Under the pieces are notes generated by a model, which searched no databases, had not been told where the DNA came from, and saw nothing but the letters and a program-made list of their open reading frames with translations. Below, piece after piece: positions 52,801 through 64,000 of a stretch of DNA of 64,000 bases. The DNA comes from Eledone cirrhosa (Eukaryota), in contig OZ024744.1 in the NCBI GenBank assembly GCA_964016885.1, forward strand, positions 6,944,001 through 7,008,000, read 5' to 3'. The position numbers were made by a program, and so were the translations under genes. Each line of letters begins with the position of its first letter. Within the stretch, counting starts at the first letter, position 1.

Positions 52801-55741
52801 ACAGTAACCGTTATGTCTACTGCAGTATTGCACTGATGTAGGTGTGGTGGAGTAACAGTTATGTCTACTGCAGTATTGCACTGAGTTAGGTGTGGTGCAG
52901 TAGCGGTATGTCTACTGCAGTATTGCACTGATGTAGGTGTGGTGCATTAACGCTCATGTCTACTGCAGTATTGCACTGATGTAGGCGTGGTGCAGTAACG
53001 GTTATGTCTACTGCAGTATTGCACTGATGTAGGCGTGGTGCAGTAACGGTTATGTCTACTGCAGTATTGCACTGATGTAGGCGTGGTGCAGTAACGGTTA
53101 TGTCTACTGCAGTATTGCACTGATTAGGTGTGGTGCAGTAACGGTTATTTCTACTGCAGTATTGCACTGATGTAGGTGTGGTGCATTAACGCTTATGTCT
53201 ACTGCAGTATTGCACTGAGGTAGGTGTGGTGCAGTAACGGTTATGTCTACTGCAGTATTGCACTGATGTAGGTGTGGTGCAGTAACGGGTATGTCTACCG
53301 CAGTATTGCACTATTGTAGGTGTGGTGCAGTAACGGTTATGTCTACTGCAATATTGCACTGATATAGGTGTAGTGCAGTAACGGTTATGTATACTGCAGT
53401 ATTGAACTGAGGTAGGTGTGGTGCAGTAACGGATATATCTACTGCAGTATGGCACTATTGTAGGTGTAGTGCACTAACGGTTATGTCTACTGCAGTTTTG
53501 CACTGATTAGGTGTGGTGCAGTAACGGTTATTTCTACTGCAGTATTGCACTGATGTAGGTGTAGTGCATTAACGCTTATGTCTACTGCAGTATTGCACTG
53601 AGGTAGGTGTGGTGCAGTAACGGTTATGTCTACTGCAGTATTGCACTGATGTAGGTGTGGTGCAGTAACGGTTATGTCTACCGCAGTATTGCACTATTGT
53701 AGGTGTGGTGCAGTAACGGTTATGTCTACTGCAATATTGCAATGATATATGTGTGGTGCAGTAACGGTTATGTCTACCGCAGTATTGAACTGAGGTAGGT
53801 GTGGTGCAGTAACGGTTATTTCTACTGCAGTATTGCACTATTGTAGGTGTAGTGCAGTAACGGTTATGTCTACTGCAGTATTGCACTGATGTAGGTGTGG
53901 TGCAGTAACGGTTATGTCTACTGCAGTATTGCACTGATGTAGGTGTGGTGCAGTAACGGTTATGTCTACTGCAGTATTGCACTGAGGTAAGTGTGGTGCA
54001 ATAACGGTTATTTCTACTGCAGTATTGCACTGATGTAGTTGTGGTGCAGTAACGGTTATGTCTACTGCAATATTGCACTGAGGTAGGTGTGGTGCAGTAA
54101 CGGTTATGTCTACTGCAGTATTGCACTGAGGTAGGAGTGGTGCAGTAACGGTTATGTCTACTGCAGTATTGCACTGATGTACGTGTGGTGCAGTAACGGT
54201 TATGTCTACTTGCAGTATTGCACTTATGTAGGTGTGGTGCAGTAACAGTTATGTCTACTGCAGTATTGCACTGGTGTAGGTATGGTGCAGTAACGGTTAT
54301 GTCTACTGCAGTATTGCACTGATGAAGGTGTGGTGCAGTAACAGTTATGTCTACAGCAGTATTGCACTGATGTAGGTGTGGTGCAGTAACGGTCATGTCT
54401 ACAGCAGTATTGCACTGATGTAGGTGTGGTGCAGTAACGGTTATTTCTACTGCAGTATTGCACTGAGGTAGGTGTGGTGCAGTAACGGTTATGTCTACTG
54501 CAGTATTGCACTGAGCTAGGTGTTATGCAGTAACGGTTATATCTACTGCAGTATTGCACTGATGTAGGTGTGGTGCAGTAACGGTTATGTCTAGTGTAGT
54601 ATTGCACTGATGTAGGTGTGGTGCAGTAACGGTTATGTCTACTGCAGTATTGCACTGATGTAGGTGTGGTGTAGTAACGGTTATTTCTACTGCAGTATTG
54701 CACTGAGATAGGTGTGGTGCAGTAACGGTTATGTCTACTGCAGTATTGCACTGAGATAAATGTGGTGCAGTAACGGTTATGTCTACTGCAGTATTGCACT
54801 GATGTAGGTGTGGTGCTCTAACGGTTATGTCTACTGCAGTATTGCACTGAGGTAGGTGTGGTGCAGTAACGGTTATGCCTATTGCATTATTGCACTGAGG
54901 TAGGTGTGGTGCAGTAACGGTTATGTCTACTGCAGTATTGCACTGATGTAGGTGTGGTGCAGTAACGGTCATGTCTACTGCAGTATTGCACTGATGTAGG
55001 TGTGGTGCAGTAACGGTTATGTCTACTGCAGTATTGCCCTGATGTAGGTGTGGTGCAGTAACGGTTATGTCTACTGCAGTATTGCACTGATGTAGGTGTG
55101 GTGCAGTAACAGTTATGTCTACTGCAGTATTGCACTGATGTAGGTGTGGTGCAGTAACGGTCATGTCTACAGCAGTATTGCACTGATGTAGGTGTGGTGC
55201 AGTAACGGTTATGTCTACTGCAGTATTGCACTGATGTAGGTGTGGTGCAGTAGCTGTTATGTCTACTGCAGTATTGCACTGATGTAGGTGTGGTGCAGTA
55301 ACGGTTATTTCTACTGCGGTATTGCACTGAGGTAGGTGTGGTGCAGTAACGGTTATGTCTACTGCAGTATTGCACTGAGCTAGGTGTGGTGCAGTAACGG
55401 TTATGTCTACTGCAGTATTGCACCGAGGTAGGTGTGGTGCAGTAAAGGTTATTTCTACTGCAGTATTGCACTGATGTAGGTGTGGTGCAGTAACGGTTAT
55501 GTCTCTGCAGTATTACACTGATGTAGGTGTGGTGCAGTAACGGTTATGTCTACTGCAGTATTGCACTGATGAAGGTGTGGTGCAGTAACGGTTATGTCTA
55601 CTGCAGTAATGCACTGATGTAGGTGTGGTGCAGTAACGGTCATGTCTACAGCAGTATTGCACTGATGTAGGTGTAATGCAGTAACGGTTATGTCTACTGC
55701 AGTATTGCACTGATGTGTGGTGCAGTAACGGTTATGTCTAC
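34801..55741. repeat. Copy 2 of the ~21-22-kb segmental duplication
   Basis: Same ordered series of variant monomers as 11848-34132. It lacks the 1,439-bp duplication and carries one extra monomer near 35950 and one near 49680. Confidence 0.93.
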
Positions 55742-58700
55742 TGCAGTATTGCACTGATGAAGGTGTGGTGCAGTAACGTTTATGTCTATTGCAGTATTGC
55801 ACTGAGGTAGGTGTGGTGCAGTAACGGTTATGTCTACTGCAGTATTGCACTGATGAAGGTGTGGTACAGCAACCGTTATGTCTACTGCAGTGTTGCACTG
55901 ATGTAGGTGTGGTGGAGTAACAGTTATGTCTACTGCAGTATTGCACTGAGTTAGGTGTGGTGCAGTAGCGGTATGTCTACTGCAGTATTGCACTGATGTA
56001 GGTGTGGTGCATTAGCGCTCATGTCTACTGCAGTATTGCACTGATGTAGGCGTGGTGCAGTAACAGTTATGTCTACTGCAGTATTGCACTGATGTAGGCG
56101 TGGTGCAGTAACGGTTATGTCTACTGCAGTATTGCACTGATGTAGGCGTGGTGCAGTAAGGGTTATGTCTACTGCAGTATTGCACTGATTAAGTGTGGTG
56201 CAGTAACGGTTATTTCTACTGCAGTATTGCACTATTGTAGGTGTAGTGCAGTAACGGTTATGTCTACTGCAGTATTGCACTGATGTAGGTGTGGTGCAGT
56301 AACGGTTATGTCTACTGCAATATTGCACTGATGTAGGTGTGGTGCAGTAACGGTTATGTCTATTGCAGTATTGCACTGATGTAGGTGTGGTGCAGTAACG
56401 GTTATGTCTTCTGAAGTATTGCACTGATGTAGGTGTGGTGCTGTAACGGTTATGTCTACTGCAGTATTGCACTGAGGTAGGTGTGGTGCTGTAACGGGTA
56501 TGTCTACTGCAGTATTGCACTGAGGTAATTGTGGTGCAGTACCGGTTATGTCTACTGTAGTATTGCACTGATGTAGGTGTGGTGCAGTAACGGTTATGTC
56601 TACTGCAGTATTGCACTGAGGTAGGTTTGGTGCAGTAACGGTTATGTCTACTGCAGTATTGTACTGATGTAGGTGTGGTGCAGTAACGATTATGTCTACT
56701 GCAGTATTGCACTGAGGTAGGCGTGGTGCAGTACCGGTTATGTCTACTGCAGTATTGCACTGATGTAGGTGTGGTGCAGTAACGGTTATTTCTACTGCAG
56801 TATTGCACTAAGTTATGTGTGGTGCAGTAACAGTTATGTCTACAGCAGTATTGCATTGAGGTAGGTGAGGTGCAGTAATGGTTATGTCTACAGCAGTATT
56901 GCACTGAGGTAGGTGTGGTGCAGTAACGGTTATGTATACTCCAGTATTGCACTGATGTAGGTGTGGTGCAGTAACGGGTATGTCTACTGCAGTATTTCAC
57001 TGATGTAGGTGTGGTGCAGTAACAGTTATTTCTACTGCAGTATTGCACTAAGGAAGGTGTGGTGCAGTAACGGTTATGTCTACTGCAGTATTGCACTGAG
57101 GTAGGTGTCGTGCAGTAACGGTTATGTCTACTGCAGTATTGCACTGAGATAGGTGTGGTGCAGTAACGGTTATGTCTACTGCAGTATTGCACTGATGTAG
57201 GTGTGGTGCAGTAACGGTTATGTCTCCTGCACTATTGCACTGAGGTAGGTGTGGTGCAGTAACGGTTATGTCTAATGCAGTATTGCACTGAGGTAGGTGT
57301 GGTGCAGTAACGGATATGTCTACTGCAGTATTGCACTGACGTACGTGTGGTGCAGTAACGGTTATGTCTACTGCAATATTGCACTGATATAGGTGTAGTG
57401 CAGTAACGGTTATTTCTACTGCATTATTGCACTGAGGTAGGTGTGGTGTAGTAACGGTTATGCCTACTACAATATTGCACTGATGTAGGTGTGGTGCATT
57501 AACGCTTATGTCTACTGCAGTATTGAACTGATGAAGGTGTGGTCTAGTAAGGGTTATGTCTACTGCAGTATTGCACTGATGTAGGTGTGGTGCAGTAACG
57601 GTCATGTCTACAGCAGTATTGCACTGATGTAGGTGTGGTGCAGTAACGGTTATTTCTACTGCAGTATTGCACTGAGGTAAGTGTGGTGCAGTAACGGTTA
57701 TGTCTACTTCAGTATTGCACTGAGCTAGGTGTGGTGCAGTAACGGTTATGTCTACTGCAGTATTGCACTGATGAAGGTGTGGTGCAGTAAAGGTTATTTC
57801 TACTGCTGTATTGCACTCAGATAGGTGTGGTGCAGTAACATTTATGTCTACTGCAGTATTGCACTGAGGTAGGTGTGGTGCAGTAACGGTTATGTCTACT
57901 GCAGTATTGCACTGATGTAGGCGTGGTGCAGTAACGATTATGTCTACTGCAGTATTGCACTGAGGCAGGTGTGGTGCAGTAACGGTTATGTCTACTGCAG
58001 TATTGCACTGAGGTAGGTGTGGTGCAGCAACGGTTATGTCTACTGCAGTATTGCACTGAGGTAGGTGTGGTGCAGTACCGGTTATGTCTACTGCAGTATT
58101 GCACTGATGTAGGTGTGGTGCAGTAACGGTTATTTCTACTGCAGTATTGCACTGATGTAGGTGTAGTGCAGTAACGGTTATGTCTACTTGAAGTATTGCA
58201 CTGATGTAGGTGTGGTGCAGTAACAGTTATGTCTACTGCAGTATTGCACTGATGTAGGTGTGGTGGAATAACGGTTATGTCTACTGCAGTATTGCACTGA
58301 GTTAGGTGTGGTGCAGTAGCGGTATGTCTACTGCAGTATTGCACTGATGTAGGTGTGGTGCATTAACGCTTATGTCTACTGCAGTATTGCATTGATGTAG
58401 GCGTGGTGCAGTAACGGTTATGTCTACTGCAGTATTGCACTGATTAGGTGTGGTGCAGTAACGGTTATTGCTACTGCAGTATTACACTGATGTAGGTGTG
58501 GTGCATTAACGCTTATGTCTACTGCAGTATTGCACTGATGAAGGTGTGGTGCAGTAACGTTTATGTCTATTGCAGTATTGCACTGAGGTAGGTATGGTGC
58601 AGTAACGGTTATGTCTACTGCAGTATTGCACTGATGAAGGTGTGGTACAGTAACCGTTATGTCTACTGCAGTATTGCACTGATGTAGGTGTGGTGGAGTA

Positions 58701-61700
58701 ACAGTTATGTCTACTGCAGTATTGCACTGAGTTAGGTGTGGTGCAGTAGCGGTATGTCTACTGCAGTATTGCACTGATGTAGGTGTGGTGCATTAACGCT
58801 CATGTCTACTGCAGTATTGCACGGATGTAGGCGTGGTGCAGTAACAGTTATGTCTACTGCAGTATTGCACTGATGTAGGCGTGGTGCAGTAACAGTTATG
58901 TCTACTGCAGTATTGCACTGAGGTAGGTGTGGTGCAGTAACGGTTATGTCTACTGCAGTATTGAACTGAGGTAGGTGTGGTGCAGTAACGGTTATTTCTA
59001 CTGCAGTATTGCACTATTGTAGGTGTAGTGCAGTAACGGTTATGTCTACTGCAGTATTGCACTGATGTAGGTGTGGTGCAGTAACGGTTCTGTCTACTGC
59101 AATATTGCACTGATGTAGGTGTGGTGCAGTAACGGTTATGTCTACTGCAGTATTGCACTGATGTAGGTGTGGTGCAGTAACGGTTATGTCTTCTGAAGTA
59201 TTGCACTGATGTAGGTGTGGTGCTGTAACGGTTATGTCTACTGCAGTATTGCACTGAGGTAGGTGTGGTGCTGTAACGGGTATGTCTACTGCAGTATTGC
59301 ACTGAGGTAATTGTGGTACAGTACCGGTTATGTCTACTGTAGTATTGCACTGATGTAGGTGTGGTGCAATAACGGTTATGTTTTCTGCAGTATTGCACTG
59401 AGGTAGGTTTGGTGCAGTAACGGTTATGTCTACTGCAGTATTGTACTGATGTAGGTGTGGTGCAGTAACGATTATGTCTACGGCAGTATTGCACTGAGGT
59501 AGGCGGGGTGCAGTACCGGTTATGTCTACTGCAGTATTGCACTGATGTAGGTGTGGTGCAGTAACGGTTATTTCTACTGCAGTATTGCACTAAGTTATGT
59601 GTGGTGCAGTATCGGTTATGTCTACAGCAGTATTGCATTGAGGTAGGTGAGGTGCAGTAATGGTTATGTCTACAGCAGTATTGCACTGAGGTAGGTGTGG
59701 TGCAGTAACGGTTATGTATACTCCAGTATTGCACTGATGTAGGTGTGGTGCAGTAACGGGTATGTCTACTGCAGTATTGCACTGATGTAGGTGTGGTGCA
59801 GTAACAGTTATTTCTACTGCAGTATTGCACTGATGTATGTGTGGTGCAGTAACGGTTATGTCTACTGCAGTATTGCACTGATGTACGTGTGGTGCAGTAA
59901 CGGTTATGTCTACTGCAGTATTGCAGTAAGGAAGGTGTGGTGCAGTAACGGTTATGTCTACTGCAGTATTGCACTAAGGAAGGTGTGGTGCAGTAACGGT
60001 TATGTCTACTGCAGTATTGCACTGAGGTAGGTGTCGTGCAGTAACGGTTATGTCTACTGCAGTATTGCACTGAGGTAGGTGTGGTGCAGTAACGGTTATG
60101 TCTACTGCAGTATTGCACTGATGTAGGTGTGGTGCAGTAACGGTTATGTATCCTGCACTATTGCACTGAGGTAGGTGTGGTGCAGTAACGGTTATGTCTA
60201 ATGCACTATAGCACTGACGTACGTGTGGTGCAGTAACGGTTATGTCTACTGCAATATTGCACTGATATAGGTGTAGTGCAGTAACGGTTATTTCTACTGC
60301 AGTATTGCACTGAGGTAGGTGTGGTGCAGTAACGGTTATGCCTACTACAATATTGCACTGATGTAGGTGTGGTGCAGTAACGGGTATGTCTCTGCAGTAT
60401 TACACTGATGTAAGTGTGGTGCAGTAACGGTTATGTCTACTGCAGTATTGAACTGATGAAGGTGTGGTCTAGTAAGGGTTATGTCTACTGCAGTATTGCA
60501 CTGATGTAGGTGTGGTGCAGTAACGGTCATGTCTACAGCAGTATTGCACTGAGGTAAGTGTGGTGCAGTAACGGTTATGTCTACTGCAGTATTGCACTGA
60601 GCTAGGTGTGGTGCAGTAACGGTTATGTCTACTGCAGTATTGCACTGATGAAGGTGTGGTGCAGTAAAGGTTATTTCTACTGCTGTATTGCACTGAGATA
60701 GGTGTGGTGCAGTAACATTTATGTCTACTGCAGTATTGCACTGAGGTAGGTGTGGTGCAGTAACGGTTATGTCTACTGCAGTATTGCACTGATGTAGGCG
60801 TGGTGCAGTAACGATTATGTCTACTGCAGTATTGCACTGAGGCAGGTGTGGTGCAGTAACGGTTATGTCTACTGCAGTATTGCACTGAGGTAGGTGTGGT
60901 GCAGCAACGGTTATGTCTACTGCAGTATTGCACTGAGGTAGGTGTGGTGCAGTACCGGTTATGTCTACTGCAGTATTGCACTGATGTAGGTGTGGTGCAG
61001 TAACGGTTATTTCTACTGCAGTATTGCACTGATGTAGGTGTGGTGCAGTAACGGTTATGTCTAATTGAAGTATTGCACTGATGTAGGTGTGGTGCAGTAA
61101 CAGTTATGTCTACTGCAGTATTGCACTGATGTAGGTGTGGTGGAATAACGGTTATGTCTACTGCAGTATTGCACTGAGTTAGGTGTGGTGCAGTAGCGGT
61201 ATGTCTACTGCAGTATTGCACTGATGTAGGTGTGGTGCATTATCGCTTATGTCTACTGCAGTCTTGCATTGATGTAGGTGTGGTGCAGTAACGGTTATGT
61301 CTACTGCAGTATTGCACTGATATAGGCGTGGTGCAGTAACGGTTATGTCTACTGCAGTATTGCACTGATGTAGGCGTGGTGCAGTAACGGTTATGTCTAC
61401 TGCAGTATTGCACTGATTAGGTGTGGTGCAGTAACGGTTATTGCTACTGCAGTATTGCACTGATGTAGGTGTGGCGCATTAACGCTTATGTCTACTGCAG
61501 TATTGCACTGAGTTAGGTGTGGTGCAGTAACCGTTATGTCTACTGCAGTATTGCACTGATGTAGGTGTGGTGCAGTAACGGGTATGTCTACCGCAGTATT
61601 GCACTATTGTAGGTGTGGTGCAGTAACGTTTATGTCTACTGCAATATTGTACTGATATAGGTGTGGTGCAGTAACGGTTATGTCTACTGCAGTATTGCAC

Positions 61701-61999
61701 TGAGATAGGTGTGGTGCAGTAACCGTTATGTTTACTGCAGTATTGCACTGATGTGGGTGTGGTGCAGTAACAGTTATGTCTACTGCAGTATTGCACTGAG
61801 GTAGGTGTGGTGCAGTAACGGTTATGTCTACTGCAGTATTGAACTGAGGTAGGTGTGGTGCAGTAACGGTTATTTCTACTGCAGTATTGCACTATTGTAG
61901 GTGTGGTGCAGTAACGGTTATGTCTACTGCAATATTGCACAGATATAGGTGTAGTGCAGTAACGGTTATGTCTACTGCAGTATTGCACTGATGTAGGTG

Positions 62000-64000
62000 T
62001 GGTGCAGTAACGGTTATGTCTAATGCAGTATTGCACTGATGTAGGTGTGGTGCAGTAACGGGTATGTCTACCGCAGTATTGCACTATTGTAGGTGTGGTG
62101 CAGTAACGGTTATGTCTACTGCAATATTGCACTGATATAGGTGTAGTGCAGTAACGGTTATGTATACTGCAGTATTGAACTGAGGTAGGTGTGGTGCAGT
62201 AACGGATATTTCTACTGCAGTATTGCACTATTGTAGGTGTAGTGCACTAACGGTTATGTCTACTGCAGTATTGCACTGATTAGGTGTGGTGCAGTAACGG
62301 TTATTTCTACTGCAGTATTGCACTGATGTAGGTGTAGTGCATTAACGCTTATGTCTACTGCAGTATTGCACTGAGGTAGGTGTGGTGCAGTAACGGTTAT
62401 GTCTACTGCAGTATTGCACTGATGTAGGTGTGGTGCAGTAACGGTTATGTCTACCGCAGTAATGCACTATTGTAGGTGTGGTGCAGTAACGGTTATGTCT
62501 ACTGCAATATTGCAATGATATAGGTGTGGTGCAGTAACGGTTATGTCTATCGCAGTATTGAACTGAGGTAGGTGTGGTGCAGTAACGGTTATTTCTACTG
62601 CAGTATTGCACTATTGTAGGTGTAGTGCAGTAACGGTTATGTCTACTGCAGTATTGCACTGATGTAGGTGTGGTGCAGTAACGGTTATGTCTACTGCAGT
62701 ATTGCACTGATGTAGGTGTGGTGCAGTAACGGTTATGTCTACTGCAGTATTGCACTGAGGTAAGTGTGGTGCAATAATGGTTATTTCTACTGCAGTATTG
62801 CACTGATGTAGTTGTGGTGCAGTAACGGTTATGTCTACTGCAATATTGCACTGAGGTAGGTGTGGTGCAGTAACGGTTATGTCTACTGCAGTATTGCACT
62901 GAGGTAGGAGTGGTGCAGTAACGGTTATGTCTACTGCAGTATTGCACTGATGTACGTGTGGTGCAGTAACGGTTATGTCTACTTGCAGTATTGCACTTAT
63001 GTAGGTGTGGTGCAGTAACAGTTATGTCTACCGCAGTATTGCATTGGTGTAGGTGTGGTGCAGTAACGGTTATGTCTACTGCAGTATTGCACTGATGAAG
63101 GTGTGGTGCAGTAACAGTTATGTCTACAGCAGTATTGCACTGATGTAGGTGTGGTGCAGTAACGGTCATGTCTACAGCAGTATTGCACTGATATAGGTTT
63201 GGTGCAGTAACGGTTATTTCTACTGCAGTATTGCACTGAGGTAGGTGTGGTGCAGTAACGGTTATGTCTACTGCAGTATTGCACTGAGCTAGGTGTGGTG
63301 CAGTAACGGTTATATCTACTGCAGTATTGCACTTATGTAGGTGTGGTGCAGTAACGGTTATGCCTAGTGTAGTATTGCACTGATGTAGGTGTGGTGCAGT
63401 AACGGTTATGTCTACTGCAGTATTGCACTGATGTAGGTGTGGTGTAGTAACGGTTATTTCTACTGCAGTATTGCACTGAGATAGGTGTGGTGCAGTAACG
63501 GTTATGTCTACTGCAGTATTGCACTGAGATAAATGTGGTGCAGTAACGGTTATGTCTACTGCAGTATTGCACTGATGTAGGTGTGGTGCTGTAACGGTTA
63601 TGTCTACTGCAGTATTGCACTGAGGTAGGTGTGGTGCAGTAACGGTTATGCCTATTGCATTATTGCACTGAGGTAGGTGTGGTGCAGTAACGGTTATGTC
63701 TACTGCAGTATTGCACTGCTGTAGGTGTGGTGCAGTAACGGTTATGTCTACTGCAGTATTGCCCTGATGTAGGTGTGGTGCAGTAACGGTTATGTCTACT
63801 GCAGTATTGCCCTGATGTAGGTGTGGTGCAGTAACGGTTATTTCTACTGCGGTATTGCACTGAGGTAGGTGTGGTGCAGTAACGGTTATGTCTACTGCAG
63901 TATTGCACTGAGCTAGGTGTGGTGCAGTAACGGTTATGTCTACTGCAGTATTGCACTGATGAAGGTGTGGTGCAGTAACGGTTATGTCTACTGCAGTAAT
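62000..64000. repeat. Diverged third copy of the block at ~31600-33800 / ~53200-55400
   Basis: ORFs 31960/53569/62342 align at their + strand ends. Shared markers are gtagtgcactaac, gtaggagtgg, ctacttgcag, ctagtgtag, gagataaatg, gcctattgcatt, attgccctg and actgcggtatt, in the same order with several monomers missing. Confidence 0.82.

Larger units (their letters stand above)
1..64000. repeat. 48-bp tandem satellite array, ~1,330 head-to-tail monomers, running off both window ends
   Basis: The consensus TATGTCTACTGCAGTATTGCACTGAKGTAGGTGTGGTGCAGTAACGGT recurs continuously from base 1 to 64000, typically with 0-4 substitutions per unit and occasional 44/46/47/49-bp units. I saw no unique sequence and no orientation switch. 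The 16-aa periodicity of the ORF translations confirms the 48-bp period. Confidence 0.99.

Noticed and set aside
251-63956. About 150 predicted ORFs with Cys-rich repeats as protein-coding genes
   Set aside because: They are translations of the 48-bp unit in stop-free frames. Starts are mostly internal GTG, the frames overlap, frameshifts and stops are copied with the HORs, and there is no non-repetitive domain.
1-64000. CRISPR array or a diversity-generating cassette array
   Set aside because: Units are contiguous with no unique spacers. Variation is point substitution inherited in blocks, and no cas, recombinase or reverse transcriptase gene is present.
1-64000. Embedded transposon, inversion or unique island
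   Set aside because: On reading through, every stretch aligns to the monomer in the same orientation, and the largest intra-unit indel seen is 4 bp.

Overview
The whole 64 kb window is one uninterrupted, single-orientation tandem array of a 48-bp monomer, about 1,330 copies. The + strand consensus is TATGTCTACTGCAGTATTGCACTGA(T/G)GTAGGTGTGGTGCAGTAACGGT (~46% GC, 31/48 G+T). It reads as satellite DNA, probably eukaryotic, but I cannot name the family or organism. I see no credible gene, RNA gene, transposon insertion, inversion or CRISPR spacer. The ORF track is an artefact of a 48-bp (3n) unit with two stop-free minus-strand frames, (QYCSRHNRYCTTPTSV)n and (CNTAVDITVTAPHLHQ)n, which indels and stops repeatedly break. 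The real information lies in variant monomers that mark nested higher-order repeats (HORs). These are a 1,439-bp doublet, a 2,349-bp triplet, an older ~2.3-kb triplet, blocks repeated at a 5,413-bp offset, a ~22-kb near-identical duplication with a partial third copy, and a more diverged layer after ~55.7 kb. Boundaries were judged by eye plus ORF-track offsets and are approximate. I found no support for a new gene system.
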